Assembly (NCBI GenBank): GCA_963743525.1
Contig: CAVUQH010000004.1
Location: forward strand, 256,001-320,000
From: an uncultured delta proteobacterium
GTDB taxonomy: Bacteria; Myxococcota_A; Polyangia; Haliangiales; Haliangiaceae
Reading direction: 5' to 3'
DNA: 64,000 bases
The notes under the pieces were generated by a model. That model was given only the letters and a program-made list of their open reading frames with translations. It did not search any database and was not told the DNA's origin. How positions within the stretch are numbered: position 1 is the first letter of the stretch; each line of letters begins with the position of its first letter. The translations under genes were made by a program, and so were the position numbers. Shown here in pieces: positions 16,187 through 31,035 of the stretch.

Positions 16187-17325
16187 GGGTCGTAGACGTA
16201 CATGTGTGCACGGATCGGCCCGTTCGCAAGCGGTTTGACCACCCGCGGCTCGAGACCGAAGCTGCGCTCGAACGGCCCCGGGCCCACCAGCAGGGCCACG
16301 CGGAACCCGCGCAGGCGCGCACACCAGTCGCCCAGGCGGCGGTAGAAACCGATCAGATCGCGCTCGGAGATGCGCTCGCCGTAGGGTGGATTGCTGAGTA
16401 CCAGTCCCTTCCCCTCCGGGGCCAGCTCGCGCAGCTCTTCGGGATCGATCGAGAACAGGTCGCGGGCCTCGGGGCGAACCAGCTCGGCGACGCCGGCCCT
16501 GCGCACGTTGTCGCGCGCCGCGCGGATGACGCCTTCGTCGGCGTCGCTGGCCCACACCTCGGGTCGCGTGTCGGCGAACAGCGGGCCGTCGGGAATGTCG
16601 ACGCCGCCGAGCAGCGGCGAGCGCGGATCGCCGCTGTCGCGCGGGACCGCCGACGCCATCAGCGCCGCTTCGACGGCGATGGTGCCCGAGCCGCACATCG
16701 GATCGACGAGCAGCTCGCGGCGCGCGTCCCAGCGGGCGATCATGATCATCGCCGCGGCCAGGTGCTCGCGCAGCGGCGCCACGCCGGCGCGCGTGCGGTA
16801 GCCGCGCTGACTTAGCGAGCCCGCGCCCAGGTCGACGGAGATGCTCATCGCGTCGTCGTGCATGCGCGCGGTGACCAACAGATCGGGCGCCTCCGGATCG
16901 ACGTGCAGGTCGGCGCCGCGACCGTTGGCGACGTCGAGGATGGCGTTCTTGACCACGCCGACGATCTGTCGCTCGCCGGCGGCAAAGTCGGCGATGTTTC
17001 GCGCCCGCACGCTGAGGCTTCGCGCGCCGTCCAGCCACGGCCGGTCGTCGGCGGTGAGATCGGCGACCAGCTGGTCGTAGAGCGGCTCGAGCCGGCGCGC
17101 GTCGAGCCGGTACAGCTCGGCGTAGACTCGAGTCGACGTGCGGTGATAGCGCAGCGCAACCCGCGCCAGCGCCGGGTCGAATGGATAGATCAACGTGCCG
17201 CTGCCGGCCCGTCGCGGGCGCTTGGGCACCTGCGACAGCGCCCGCCGCGCCAGTCGGGACAGCTCCGCCTCCATCGCCTTGGTGGTGTCGGGCGATCCGA
17301 CGACGAGCAAATTATCGACGCGCAT
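16183..17325 (-). CDS. THUMP-domain RNA methyltransferase (RlmL/RlmKL N-terminal type)
   Basis: LSQRGYR, APLREHLAAAM, DPMCGSGT, NPPYGER. Confidence 0.88.
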
Positions 17326-17331
17326 GGTGGT

Positions 17332-18264
17332 TCATCCGTTGATCGACTGCAGCAAACCCGAGCGGGCAAAGAAGCGCTTCTGTACGTACCAGCCGCGCGT
17401 GGTCGCGCCGGCGCCGCCCTTGGGCCGTGTGTGCAGGTAGCGTTCGAACAATCGCGCCAGCGTAGCGGTCCGCTCCTGGTAGAACCAGCTCAGGATCGGC
17501 GAGTCGGGATCGTCGGCGACCCGCACCACCCACAACACCCGCGCCAGCTTGGCGCCCCGGGCCGCGTGCTCCATGCTGACCGCCGGATCCTCTTTGATCC
17601 GCCAGAAGCCGGAGCGATCGCGGATCACCGGGACGGTCTTGATCTCGACCTCGCCGCGCCAGTCCGGCTCGCTGTGGCCGCGCTCCGGCACCCCCAGCAG
17701 CTCGGCGATGCGCACGCCGTACGCGCCCTTGTGCCGGCTGGCCGCGCCCAGCCGCACACCCGGCAGCGCGTCGGCCACGGCCAGGAGCTCTTCCAGCGTC
17801 TCCGGCTCGTCGGTCGGCTGCGCCGCCTCGCGCGGAGACGGGATCGGCCGGGGATAGCTGGGCGCCGGCGGCGCGGTACCCGGCTCGGACCGCAGGTGGA
17901 CCAGGGCGCCGCCGAGGACCACCGGCACCGGCTGCAGTGCCGTGCCCAGATGGTCGCGTCCGCCGGCCTCGAGCTCGGCGCCCCACATCCACAACCGGGC
18001 GCGCAGGTCGCCGACCCCACCCTCGGTCGACAGGTCGCGCTCGGTGACCAGCGGCTCCAGCCCGGAGCGGCGAAGGCGATTGAGCAACCCGGCCAGATCT
18101 CCGGCGTACCGATCGGCGACGCGACGGCGCAGCTCGTCGGTGTCGAGCTCGACCCCGCGGGCGCCGTGCAGGCGACGCAGGGTGGCGCGGTCGAGAGAGC
18201 GAACCAGCTCGCGGGATGCGTTCATGGGGATCGCCGGCTTGTCCGCCGGCCCGGGCACGGGCAT
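17332..18264 (-). CDS. MutH/Sau3AI-like PD-(D/E)xK nuclease with N-terminal extension
   Basis: HKGAYG..IAELLG...PDWRGEVEIKTVPV parallels the MutH KGW.G..LE..LG...D....VELKTIPV motif. Confidence 0.7.
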   Translation of the reverse strand: MPVPGPADKPAIPMNASRELVRSLDRATLRRLHGARGVELDTDELRRRVADRYAGDLAGLLNRLRRSGLEPLVTERDLSTEGGVGDLRARLWMWGAELEAGGRDHLGTALQPVPVVLGGALVHLRSEPGTAPPAPSYPRPIPSPREAAQPTDEPETLEELLAVADALPGVRLGAASRHKGAYGVRIAELLGVPERGHSEPDWRGEVEIKTVPVIRDRSGFWRIKEDPAVSMEHAARGAKLARVLWVVRVADDPDSPILSWFYQERTATLARLFERYLHTRPKGGAGATTRGWYVQKRFFARSGLLQSING

Positions 18265-18275
18265 CCTACCAACTC

Positions 18276-18884
18276 ATGTCGATTCGCCGCACATTCACGT
18301 TCCTGGCGCTGCTCGCGCTGGCTGGCTGCTCGAAGAAGGGAGATGACGCCTCCCAGGCCACCCCCGCACCGCCGAGCACCGGCGATCCGGCGCAGTCGAC
18401 CCCGACGCCGGTCGCCCCGGATCCGGATGAGGGCAGCAACGCGATGGCCGGCGACGGCGGCGGCGACGGCTCCGGCCACGGCGACGGCTCCGGCCACGGC
18501 GACGGCTCCGGCCACGGCGACGGCTCCGGCGGCGGCGACGGCTCCGGCGGCGGCGACGGCTCCGGCGGCGGTGACGGCTCCGGCGGCGGCGACGGCTCCG
18601 GCGGCGGCGACGAGAACGCACCGCTGAAAGACATCAAGGTCCTGCCCAAGAGCTGGGACCGACCCAAGGTCAAGGCGTACATGAAGGAGACCGTGGCCAA
18701 GGCCCTCGGCGTCAAGTGCAAGCACTGCCACGACGTTGACGACTACGCCAAGGACACCAAGAAGAAGACCATCGCCCGCGACATGATGCGCATGGCCGAC
18801 CAGATCAACCACGACTTCTTCCGCGGCAAGACCGAGGTCACCTGCATGACCTGCCACGTCGGCCACGAGGAGCCGCCCAAGTAG
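18276..18884 (+). CDS. Diheme c-type cytochrome lipoprotein (reaction-centre cytochrome c subunit-like domain) with Gly-Asp linker
   Basis: LAGC lipobox, ALGVKCKHCH, ARDMMRM, VTCMTCHVG. Confidence 0.85.
   Translation: MSIRRTFTFLALLALAGCSKKGDDASQATPAPPSTGDPAQSTPTPVAPDPDEGSNAMAGDGGGDGSGHGDGSGHGDGSGHGDGSGGGDGSGGGDGSGGGDGSGGGDGSGGGDENAPLKDIKVLPKSWDRPKVKAYMKETVAKALGVKCKHCHDVDDYAKDTKKKTIARDMMRMADQINHDFFRGKTEVTCMTCHVGHEEPPK
18462..18605 (+). repeat. 18-bp coding tandem repeat x8 (GDGSGH x3, GDGSGG x5)
   Basis: GGCGACGGCTCCGGC(CAC/GGC) units. Confidence 0.95.
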
Positions 18885-18901
18885 GGCGTCAGGAGGATCG
18901 G

Positions 18902-19276
18902 ATGAACAACAAGGGAATCGCCTCCAAGCTGCTCCTCGGCCTCGGCCTGGCCGGGCTGGTGCTGATCGTGATCGCGTTCGTGCGCGCGCCGGCCACCGCC
19001 GATGCGGGCGGCTTCAAGAACCTGCAGGTCCTGCCCAAGGACATCGGCAAGAAAGAGCTCAAGACCCTGATGAAGAGCTGGGCCCGCGGCCTGGGCGTCG
19101 AGTGCAAGTTCTGCCACGACATGGACGACAAGGCCAAGGACACCAAGAAGAAGAAGATCGCCCGCAAGATGGCGACCATGGTCAACGAGCTGAACGCCAA
19201 GTACATGAACAAGTACAAGGACGCCGAGATCACCTGCAAGACCTGCCACCACGGCCACGAAAAGCCCAAGAAGTAA
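18902..19276 (+). CDS. Diheme c-type cytochrome, paralog of the upstream gene
   Basis: KNLQVLP, GLGVECKFCH, ITCKTCHHG; N-terminal signal/TM. Confidence 0.88.
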   Translation: MNNKGIASKLLLGLGLAGLVLIVIAFVRAPATADAGGFKNLQVLPKDIGKKELKTLMKSWARGLGVECKFCHDMDDKAKDTKKKKIARKMATMVNELNAKYMNKYKDAEITCKTCHHGHEKPKK

Positions 19277-19282
19277 CGCGTC

Positions 19283-20341
19283 ATGCCCCACGCCAGGCCA
19301 AGCGGCTGGGTTCGCCTGGCGAACCTGCTGCTCCTGGCGGTCGGCGTCGGCGCGCTGGTGTGGATGGCGCGCGAGGTCGGGCTCGACCAGCTCGCCGACC
19401 TGCTGTCGTCGATCCGCGGCTGGGCCATCCCGCTGCTGCTGGTGAGCCTTGCCGGCGTGGCGCTCGATGCCGGCGCCATCCACGTGTTCATGCGCCCGGA
19501 GCAGCGCATGGTCAGCTACTGGCGCGTGTTCGCCGCCCAGATGTCGGGGCAGGCGATCAACTCGGTCACCCCGACCGGCACCCTGGGCGAGGTGGTCAAG
19601 GCGACCCTGCTCATGGGCCACGCGCCCCGCTTCCGCGCGGTGTCATCGGTGATCGCCTTCAACCTGGTCAACGTGGTGGTGAGCGCGGTGTTCGTGCTGC
19701 TCGGCATCGGCGTCGCCCTGTGGTTACCCGACCTCGACCCGGCCATGGAGCACGCCATGCGCATCGGCGTGCTGCTGCTGGCGGTGGTGTCGATCGCGGT
19801 CGTCGCCCTGGTCCGCCGCGGCGTCGTCCGCGCCGGCGCCGGCGCCGCGCACAAGCTCCGCTTCATCTCCGACGCCCGGCGCGCCCGCATCGCCGAACGG
19901 CTGGAAGCATTCGACCATCAGCTGCGCGCCCTCGGCCGCGGCGGCCCGGCCAGCCACCGGCCGGGCATCGGCCTCATCCTCGTCTCGCGCCTCCTCGGCT
20001 GGTTCGACTTGTGGCTGATCATGGTCGCCCTGGGCCACACCGCCGGCCTCGTCTTCACCGTCGTCGCCGCCGCCGCCGGCGTCGTCATCGGCCGCCTTGC
20101 CTCCATCATCCCCCTCGGCGTCGGCGCCTCCGAAGGCGGCCAGGCCGGACTGTTCCACCTCCTCGGCGCCGGCGCCGAGCTCGGCCTCGCCGTCAGCCTG
20201 GTGCGACGCATCCGCACGGTGATCATGGCCGCCATCGGCCTCCTGGTCATGCTCCTCGTCCAGCTCATCGATCAGATCCGCTTCTCCCGCGCCAAATCGC
20301 ACCTGGTCGATCGAACCCGTGACCCGGGCCAAGCCCGGTAA
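19283..20341 (+). CDS. Lysylphosphatidylglycerol synthase TM-domain (flippase-like) protein
   Basis: NSVTPTGTLGEVVKA, IPLGVGASEG, multiple TM segments. Confidence 0.82.
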   Translation: MPHARPSGWVRLANLLLLAVGVGALVWMAREVGLDQLADLLSSIRGWAIPLLLVSLAGVALDAGAIHVFMRPEQRMVSYWRVFAAQMSGQAINSVTPTGTLGEVVKATLLMGHAPRFRAVSSVIAFNLVNVVVSAVFVLLGIGVALWLPDLDPAMEHAMRIGVLLLAVVSIAVVALVRRGVVRAGAGAAHKLRFISDARRARIAERLEAFDHQLRALGRGGPASHRPGIGLILVSRLLGWFDLWLIMVALGHTAGLVFTVVAAAAGVVIGRLASIIPLGVGASEGGQAGLFHLLGAGAELGLAVSLVRRIRTVIMAAIGLLVMLLVQLIDQIRFSRAKSHLVDRTRDPGQAR

Positions 20342-20388
20342 CGCATGCGACTTGTGCGCCCCCAGACCGCGTGTTACGCGACTCCCCG

Positions 20389-20769
20389 GTGACCGACACC
20401 CCGCTCAACTACGTCTGCACCCTCTGCGCCCACCGCCAGCAGGGCCCCGACCCATGCGCCAACTGCGGCGACGACTCGCCCCTCGATCTGCGCAAGGTCG
20501 ACACCCAGGCGTTCCTCCACGACATCGATTCCCGCCGCCGCGATCAATGGGACACCCGCGTCCGCACCATCGGCGTCGCCGCCGGCATGCTCGTGGTCCT
20601 CGCCCTGTGGACCCAGAGCTGGTGGTGGAGCTTCCGCCGCCACACCATCGGCCTACCGCTGCTGATCGATCAGATCGCGTACATGGTAATCATCGCCCTC
20701 GGCGCAATGAAGCTGATCACCAAGCTGCGGCCATTCAAGCCCCGCTTCCCCTTCGCCGAAGATCTGTAG
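20389..20769 (+). CDS. Small membrane protein with N-terminal Zn ribbon
   Basis: CTLC...CANC followed by two TM helices. Confidence 0.65.
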   Translation: MTDTPLNYVCTLCAHRQQGPDPCANCGDDSPLDLRKVDTQAFLHDIDSRRRDQWDTRVRTIGVAAGMLVVLALWTQSWWWSFRRHTIGLPLLIDQIAYMVIIALGAMKLITKLRPFKPRFPFAEDL

Positions 20770-20805
20770 CGGAAGGGCGAGACCCGCTCGCCCTCCCGCT
20801 CACCA

Positions 20806-21123
20806 CTACCGGACCAGCTTCACCAGCGTGCCGATCACGTGGTCGAACCGATTGCGCATCTCGCCCCCAACCGGTTCGACGTAGCCCACCGCCGCCGCCA
20901 CTTCGAGATTCGCCAGCGACTCCCGCGCCGACCCCAACGCCGTCTCGAACCGGGCCCGCTTGATACCCCCGCGCCCAGCACAACCCTCGGCAATGTTGAG
21001 CGCCACCGACTTGATCGACCGCCTCAACTGCCGAGCCTGATCTCGATCGAACCGCGCAATCGCCTCGATCAACGGCGAAACCTCACGAATCAGCTGAACG
21101 GACACGGGATAAATACGAAGCAT
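20806..21123 (-). CDS. Four-helix-bundle protein (23S rRNA intervening-sequence protein / bAvd-like family)
   Basis: LRIY...QLRRSIKSVALNIAEG...FETALGSARE; ATG 21123 after RBS GGGAGG. Confidence 0.88.
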   Translation of the reverse strand: MLRIYPVSVQLIREVSPLIEAIARFDRDQARQLRRSIKSVALNIAEGCAGRGGIKRARFETALGSARESLANLEVAAAVGYVEPVGGEMRNRFDHVIGTLVKLVR

Positions 21124-21172
21124 GAGAAACCTCCCTTTCGTTAGTGAGGCCCCTCCACCCGCCCGGAGCGCA

Positions 21173-21227
21173 GGCGGGGTCAAGGGCGCGAAGCGGCGCG
21201 CGAAGCGCGCGAACCCTTGACCCCGCC
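21173..21227. repeat. 14-bp perfect inverted repeat enclosing GCGAAGCG motifs (REP-like hairpin)
   Basis: GGCGGGGTCAAGGG (21173-21186) / CCCTTGACCCCGCC (21214-21227). Confidence 0.8.
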
Positions 21228-21269
21228 GAGCACCGGGCGACAATCGAAACTCACGAGCGAGAGCCCCAG

Positions 21270-22695
<1,426 letters not shown>

Positions 22696-22748
22696 ACGCC
22701 GCAAACGCTACCACAGGCGGCGCGCGAAGCAGCGTCAGGGCCCGCCCG

Positions 22749-24104
22749 TCAGGGCGACAGCAGGAACGGGTAGTTGATGTGCCGATCCTTGCCGTCCCAG
22801 GCCGGGAACTTCGCCTTCTCGACCGCCTGCGATACGCACAGCCCGGTCTCCGTATTCTTGAACTTGCCAGTGGCCGACGCCGACGACACGTGGCCGTCGG
22901 CCGCGATGGTCACCTTGACCATCACCGTGCCCGCCTCCTGGAACTTGCCGTAGCAGGCGCTCACCCGGCCGCTGATCTTGCGCATGCCGGTGGTGATGTC
23001 GGAACGGGACAGCTCGGTCTTGCTCGGCGCCTTCTTGGCCTCGGCCGGCTTGTCCGCCGCGGCCACGTCGCTGTTGGCGACCGCGCCACCCGACGCCTCG
23101 TTGAGCAGGTCGTCGAGGGAGCGCTTGCCGTCGCTGGACTTGGGCTTGGACTTGCTGGTGTGCGACGTAGCCCTCGGCGCCGCGGCCCGGGACGCCGAGC
23201 TCTTCGACGACGACGACGAGCTGGCGTGGCTCGAGCTGTGCCGCGATCGACTGCTGCGGCGCTCGGCATTGTCCTGCTTGGCCGGGACCGGGGCCGCCGG
23301 CGGCGGCGTGGCGGCATTGCTCGCCTGGAGATCGGTATCGGCGCTGCTGCCCTGATCGGCCGGGGTCTCGCTGCCGTTGGGATCCTCGGCCGGCGGCGCC
23401 ACGTCCTTGTCGCCTGCCTGGTCGGCGGCCGGCTCGGGAATCGACGATGCAGTCGGCGCGGTCGCGGGCGTCTCTTCCGGCTGCGGGGCTGCGGCGGCGG
23501 TGCCGGTCGCGGCCTCGCTCTGCGCCACCTCGGTCGTCTTCTCGTGACCGCTGCGGACGACGAAGAAGATGATCGCGGCCGCTGCCACCGCGGCGCCGGC
23601 GACACCGTAGATCCACAGCGGCATGCCGCTGCTGCGCTCGGTCTCGGCCGCCGTCAGTCCCACCGCGCTGGCGGCCGCGGCACGCGGCGTCACGCTGCCT
23701 TCATCGGCGTAGTGCTCCTTGTCCTTGCCCGGCTCGGGTAGCACCACTGCCGCCAGACTGGCGCTCGACGCCGACGCCAGCAGCGACTCTTCGTGATCGG
23801 ACTCGGTCGACATGCGCCGAGAGATGCGCTTCTTGGTGCTGGTCGCCATCGCCTTGATGTCGTGCAGCCCCGTGTTCTCCTCCCGCTTGGCAGCGGGCTG
23901 GCCCGCCGGCGGCGGCATGTCGTTCTTCTTTCCCCCGTCTGTCGTCATGTTCGGTCCCATGGCCTCTCCCTCGAGATCAGCGCTGTCCAGCCGCGCCTCG
24001 ATTCGCCCGCCGAGCGTGTCGAAGTAGTCATCCGGCACCGCGCGGTCCAGCGCTGCACAGGCGTCGCGGATATCGTCGTCCAACTTCCTCACGGGCGTAT
24101 TCAC
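22749..24104 (-). CDS. Anti-sigma-like bitopic membrane protein with C-terminal TonB/AgmX-type domain
   Basis: N-terminal VPDDYFDTL..RI, one TM, low-complexity linker, SACY...GTVMVKVTI..DG.V...C..FP...YPF. Confidence 0.7.
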   Translation of the reverse strand: MNTPVRKLDDDIRDACAALDRAVPDDYFDTLGGRIEARLDSADLEGEAMGPNMTTDGGKKNDMPPPAGQPAAKREENTGLHDIKAMATSTKKRISRRMSTESDHEESLLASASSASLAAVVLPEPGKDKEHYADEGSVTPRAAAASAVGLTAAETERSSGMPLWIYGVAGAAVAAAAIIFFVVRSGHEKTTEVAQSEAATGTAAAAPQPEETPATAPTASSIPEPAADQAGDKDVAPPAEDPNGSETPADQGSSADTDLQASNAATPPPAAPVPAKQDNAERRSSRSRHSSSHASSSSSSKSSASRAAAPRATSHTSKSKPKSSDGKRSLDDLLNEASGGAVANSDVAAADKPAEAKKAPSKTELSRSDITTGMRKISGRVSACYGKFQEAGTVMVKVTIAADGHVSSASATGKFKNTETGLCVSQAVEKAKFPAWDGKDRHINYPFLLSP

Positions 24105-24149
24105 CGGGCCAAGACGGCCCCTTTCTTCATCGGGGCCGGATTTAAGCCG

Positions 24150-24782
24150 CTAGCTTCCAGGTTCTTCCAGTGTTTTTTTAGCAGGAGCCGAGCCGGACGG
24201 TTCTGCCAGCGGCTCGTCGGCCCCGGCCAGACGCTCGCGCAGCTGGCGCCGGGCCTCGTTGATCCGCCAGGCCACGGTACCCTCCGGGACCTCGAGGATT
24301 TCCGAAACATCTCGGTAGGAAAGGCCCTCGACGGTGGCCAGGACCAGGGTGACCCGGAGGGTCTCTGACAGCTCGGCCAGGGCCTCCAGGACCCGGGACA
24401 GGTGCTGGCCCAGCTCGGCCTCCTCGCGAGGGCTGCGAACCCGGGCGCTGCCGCCCCCCGGGACCTGGCCGCTGTCGGCCATCCGCCGCTCACCCTCCCG
24501 GGCCAGCCCCTGGTTTCTCCGGTGCTTGCGCAGGTGGTTGAGCGAGGTGTTGACGGTGATCCGGTACAGCCAGGTGAACAGATCCGACCGGCCGTCGAAC
24601 GAGGCCAGGGCGCGAAATGCCCGAATGAAGACGTCTTGCGTGACGTCGTCGGCCTCGGCGTGGCTGCCCATGATGTGAAGCGCGGTGGCATGAACTCGGC
24701 GTTGGTGCACCCGGACCAGGGCGCCAAATGCGGCCCGGTCCCCACGCTTCGCGCGGGCGAGGAGATCCTCGTCACCCGACAT
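24150..24782 (-). CDS. ECF sigma factor
   Basis: GDRAAFGALV, DDVTQDVFIRAF, FTWLYRITVN, GLSYRDVSEIL..PEGTV. Confidence 0.93.
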   Translation of the reverse strand: MSGDEDLLARAKRGDRAAFGALVRVHQRRVHATALHIMGSHAEADDVTQDVFIRAFRALASFDGRSDLFTWLYRITVNTSLNHLRKHRRNQGLAREGERRMADSGQVPGGGSARVRSPREEAELGQHLSRVLEALAELSETLRVTLVLATVEGLSYRDVSEILEVPEGTVAWRINEARRQLRERLAGADEPLAEPSGSAPAKKTLEEPGS

Positions 24783-24843
24783 CGAAGCGACTATACAAGG
24801 TGGCGCACCCGGTTGGACAACGGCCTCCGGGCATTCTTGGGTT

Positions 24844-25234
24844 TCAGCCGACCCGCCGCTCGACCTCGAACAGGCGCGGAATCACCCGGGCCGCGACCCG
24901 GTCCAGACGGCACAGGAGGGCCGCTGCCTGCTGCCTTTCGGCCAGCCTGGCCACAGCGCGCTCCTCGGCGGTGTGCCCACCATCTCGCACCCTGACCTCC
25001 CTGGTGGCGCCGACCAGCGACAGCGGATCGGTTCCGCCCGCGATCTCCTGCGCCAGCTCGACGGCCCGCGCCCGCGCCGCCGACAGGGCGTTCGACCAGA
25101 TCAGCGGCGAACGCCTCGAGCAGGGAGGCGGCCTTGTCCCCATCCACGCCGGCCACCAGCGCGTCGGGCTCGACCAGCGCCAGATCCGCGAGCCGCGCCA
25201 GGAGCTCCTCGTCGCCGGCGCCGGGCGAGCTCAT
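24844..25234 (-). CDS. Small helical hypothetical protein, frameshifted near 25091
   Basis: ATG overlaps the pspA stop; MSSPGAGDEELLARLADL...ADLV joins ALSAARARAVEL...RRVG if one A is removed (GTCGaAC). Confidence 0.6.
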
Positions 25235-25949
25235 TCCGGCTTCTTCTCCACCGGCGGCGCGCCGCTGCCCAGCTTCTTCTTGGCCCGGTCCTCGGCCATC
25301 TTCTTCTTCAGCTTGGTCAGCTCGTCGTCGGCCCCACCCGCGGCGGCGCCGAGGATCTTGGCCTCCAGCTCCGACTCCGGCAGCGGTCCGCCGTCGGCGT
25401 CCTGGCCCTCGAGGGCGGCGTTGACCTCGGCGCTGATGGCGTCGTCGTCGATCATCTCTTCGGCGCGAGCGAAGCGCTCCCACACCTCGTCGTCCTGGCC
25501 GAACGGGTTGGTGTTGCCGCTGCGCGCCGCCGCCAGCTGCGCCGCCATCGAGCTCTTCTTGAGCTTGAGGATGCGCAGCTTGGCCTCGGCGGTCTTGCGC
25601 GATTTATTGAGCTGAATGGCATAGCCGGCGGCCTCGTCGCGGTCGTGCTGGATCTTGTCGACCTCGGCCAGCGCCAGCTTCTGCTCCTTGAGCGCCTTCT
25701 TGGCCAGCTCGTCGTCACCGGCCTTGACCGCGCTCATGGCCCGCTTCTCCCACGCGGCCGCCTTTTCCTGTTGCCGCTGCAGGTCCTGCTCCATCTGCTT
25801 GGCGGCGGTCTTGTAGGCGACCAGCTCGCGCAGCGCGGATTTGTGCTGCTCGTCCAGCTCGAGGATGATCACGTCGAGCTCTTTTTCCGGATCGATGGCG
25901 GAATTGACCCGAGCTTTGATGTTGGTTTTGATCCGGTTGAAGATTCCCA

Positions 25950-25950
<1 letters not shown>
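25231..25950 (-). CDS. pspA: PspA/IM30 family protein
   Basis: MGIFNRI..NIKA..N...DPEK, WEKRAMSAVKAGDDELAKKAL, long coiled coil. Confidence 0.92.
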
Positions 25951-29341
<3,391 letters not shown>

Positions 29342-29374
29342 CCGGGCAGTATGCCACCCCTCCGTGGCCCGAGA

Positions 29375-30034
29375 CTACGCCAGGGCTTCGTCGCGGGACT
29401 TCTTGTAGCTCTCGAGCTCGTCGAGGGCGTGGCCGACTTCGCCGTCGCGGCCGATGCCGGCGGCAGAGCAGGCCTCGAGGAAGCGGCCGACCGCCTCGTT
29501 GTCGTGCTGCGCTCGCTCGCGCAGGGCGTCGTGGGTCTCTTTGAACACGCCGTAGAAGTGCTTGAGCATGTCCCACTTGCGCAGGGGCCAGACGTCGCCG
29601 AGGTGGCCGTCGCGCATCTTGTCGAAGTAGCCGGCGACCTTGTACAGCGGGCCGGCGACCTTGTGGGTCATGATCACGAGGAACGCCGACAGCACCAGCA
29701 CCAGGCCGACGCCGACGCCGACCATGGTCAGGATCAGGCTGTTGTCGTCGGAGTGGAGCTCGCTGCGGATGAACTCCTTGATCTCGGACCACTCCTCCTT
29801 GGACTTCGCGCTGTCGGCCGCGGCCATGTTCATCGCCGCGTCGTCGACCACCGCCTCGGTGGCGCGGTTCTCCTGCTTCCAGATCAGGAAGCCGAGGGTG
29901 CCGGAGATGAGCGCCGACAAAATGGTGACGAAGGCGACGTAGCGGAGCTGCAGCCGCTTGTCGAGCAGGTAGTTGCCGAGGTGGCGCTTGTAGGTGCGCT
30001 TGCCCTTGGCCTGGGCGACGGGCAGATCAGACAA
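29375..30034 (-). CDS. Two-TM HAMP-like membrane protein without an output domain
   Basis: NYLLDKRLQL, two TM, MTHKVAGPLYK...LRKWD. Confidence 0.75.
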   Translation of the reverse strand: MSDLPVAQAKGKRTYKRHLGNYLLDKRLQLRYVAFVTILSALISGTLGFLIWKQENRATEAVVDDAAMNMAAADSAKSKEEWSEIKEFIRSELHSDDNSLILTMVGVGVGLVLVLSAFLVIMTHKVAGPLYKVAGYFDKMRDGHLGDVWPLRKWDMLKHFYGVFKETHDALRERAQHDNEAVGRFLEACSAAGIGRDGEVGHALDELESYKKSRDEALA

Positions 30035-31028
30035 GGCCGTCCTCCTTTCGCGCGACGATCGCGCGCAGCTCTTCGAGCGCGGCCGCGACCTCGGGAGACT
30101 TGTCGCCCAGCCCGTGCTGCTCGGCAACCTCGATGATCGCCTTCAATCGGGTGACGTCCTCCTCCTGCATCGAGCGAACTCCGGCGTGGGCGCCTTTGAA
30201 ATGCTCGTAGAAGTCGACCAACTGGTCGCCCTTGCGCAGGTTGTAGACGGTGTCGAACTTGCCGCCCTTCATCTTGTTCAGGTAGAGCGACACCTTGTGC
30301 AGCGGACCCGCGACGTGGTGGGTCATCTTGATGCCGTACAGGGTCAGACCGAAGACCAGGATCAGGCCGACGGCGATGAGCACGTAGAGGATGAAGTGCT
30401 GTCCGTCGATCAGCTCCTGCCGCTTGTGCGCCTGCACCTTCTGGCAGGCGGCATCGACCGGCCACATCGAGCGGTCTTCCGGCGCCGGCTGAACCGTCGC
30501 TTGCCCGCTGTCGTCGGCGGCGGGCGGAGGCTCGTCGTCGGCCGGCGGTGCCGGTTGCGCACCCTCGTCCGGCGCAGCCTCGTCGCCGTTCGGCGCAGCC
30601 TCGTCGCCGTTCGGCGCAGCCTCGTCGCCGTTCGGCGCAGCCTCGTCGCCGTTCGGCGCAGCCTTGTCGCCGTTCGGCGCAGCCTTGTCGCCGTTCGGCG
30701 CAGCCTTGTCGCCGTTCGGCGCAGCCTTGTCGCCGTCCTGGCCGGGCTCGACCATGGTCATCTCGCCGATGTCGGTGATGACCACGTCGGAACGATCGCG
30801 ATCGGGCGCCGGCGCCGCGCTCTGCTTGGGCGGAATCCGGCAGTCCTTGACGTCGTTGAGGAAGATCTCGGTGGCGCGTTGGGCCTCGCGGTTCACCCAC
30901 CAGCCGAGAACGACCATGAGCAACGCGCTGACCCCGACCATGAGCAGGGTGAAGCTCAGCTGGTACTGCTTGTCGAGCAGCAGGTTCCTCCAGCTTCGCT
31001 TGTAGGTTTTGTTTTTGGGTCCGCCCAT
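30027..31028 (-). CDS. Two-TM HAMP-like membrane protein, paralog with a repeat in the periplasmic loop
   Basis: NLLLDKQYQL, MTHHVAGPLHK...LRKGD. Confidence 0.75.
   Translation of the reverse strand: MGGPKNKTYKRSWRNLLLDKQYQLSFTLLMVGVSALLMVVLGWWVNREAQRATEIFLNDVKDCRIPPKQSAAPAPDRDRSDVVITDIGEMTMVEPGQDGDKAAPNGDKAAPNGDKAAPNGDKAAPNGDEAAPNGDEAAPNGDEAAPNGDEAAPDEGAQPAPPADDEPPPAADDSGQATVQPAPEDRSMWPVDAACQKVQAHKRQELIDGQHFILYVLIAVGLILVFGLTLYGIKMTHHVAGPLHKVSLYLNKMKGGKFDTVYNLRKGDQLVDFYEHFKGAHAGVRSMQEEDVTRLKAIIEVAEQHGLGDKSPEVAAALEELRAIVARKEDGLV
30570..30737 (-). repeat. 21-bp coding tandem repeat x8 (GD[K/E]AAPN)
   Basis: CGGCGCAGCCT(C/T)GTCGCCGTT units. Confidence 0.95.
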
Positions 31029-31035
31029 AGCTGCC

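Noticed and set aside
18276..19276. Photosynthesis inferred from reaction-centre cytochrome-like domains
   Set aside because: Short diheme versions only; no pufL/M or bch genes in the window
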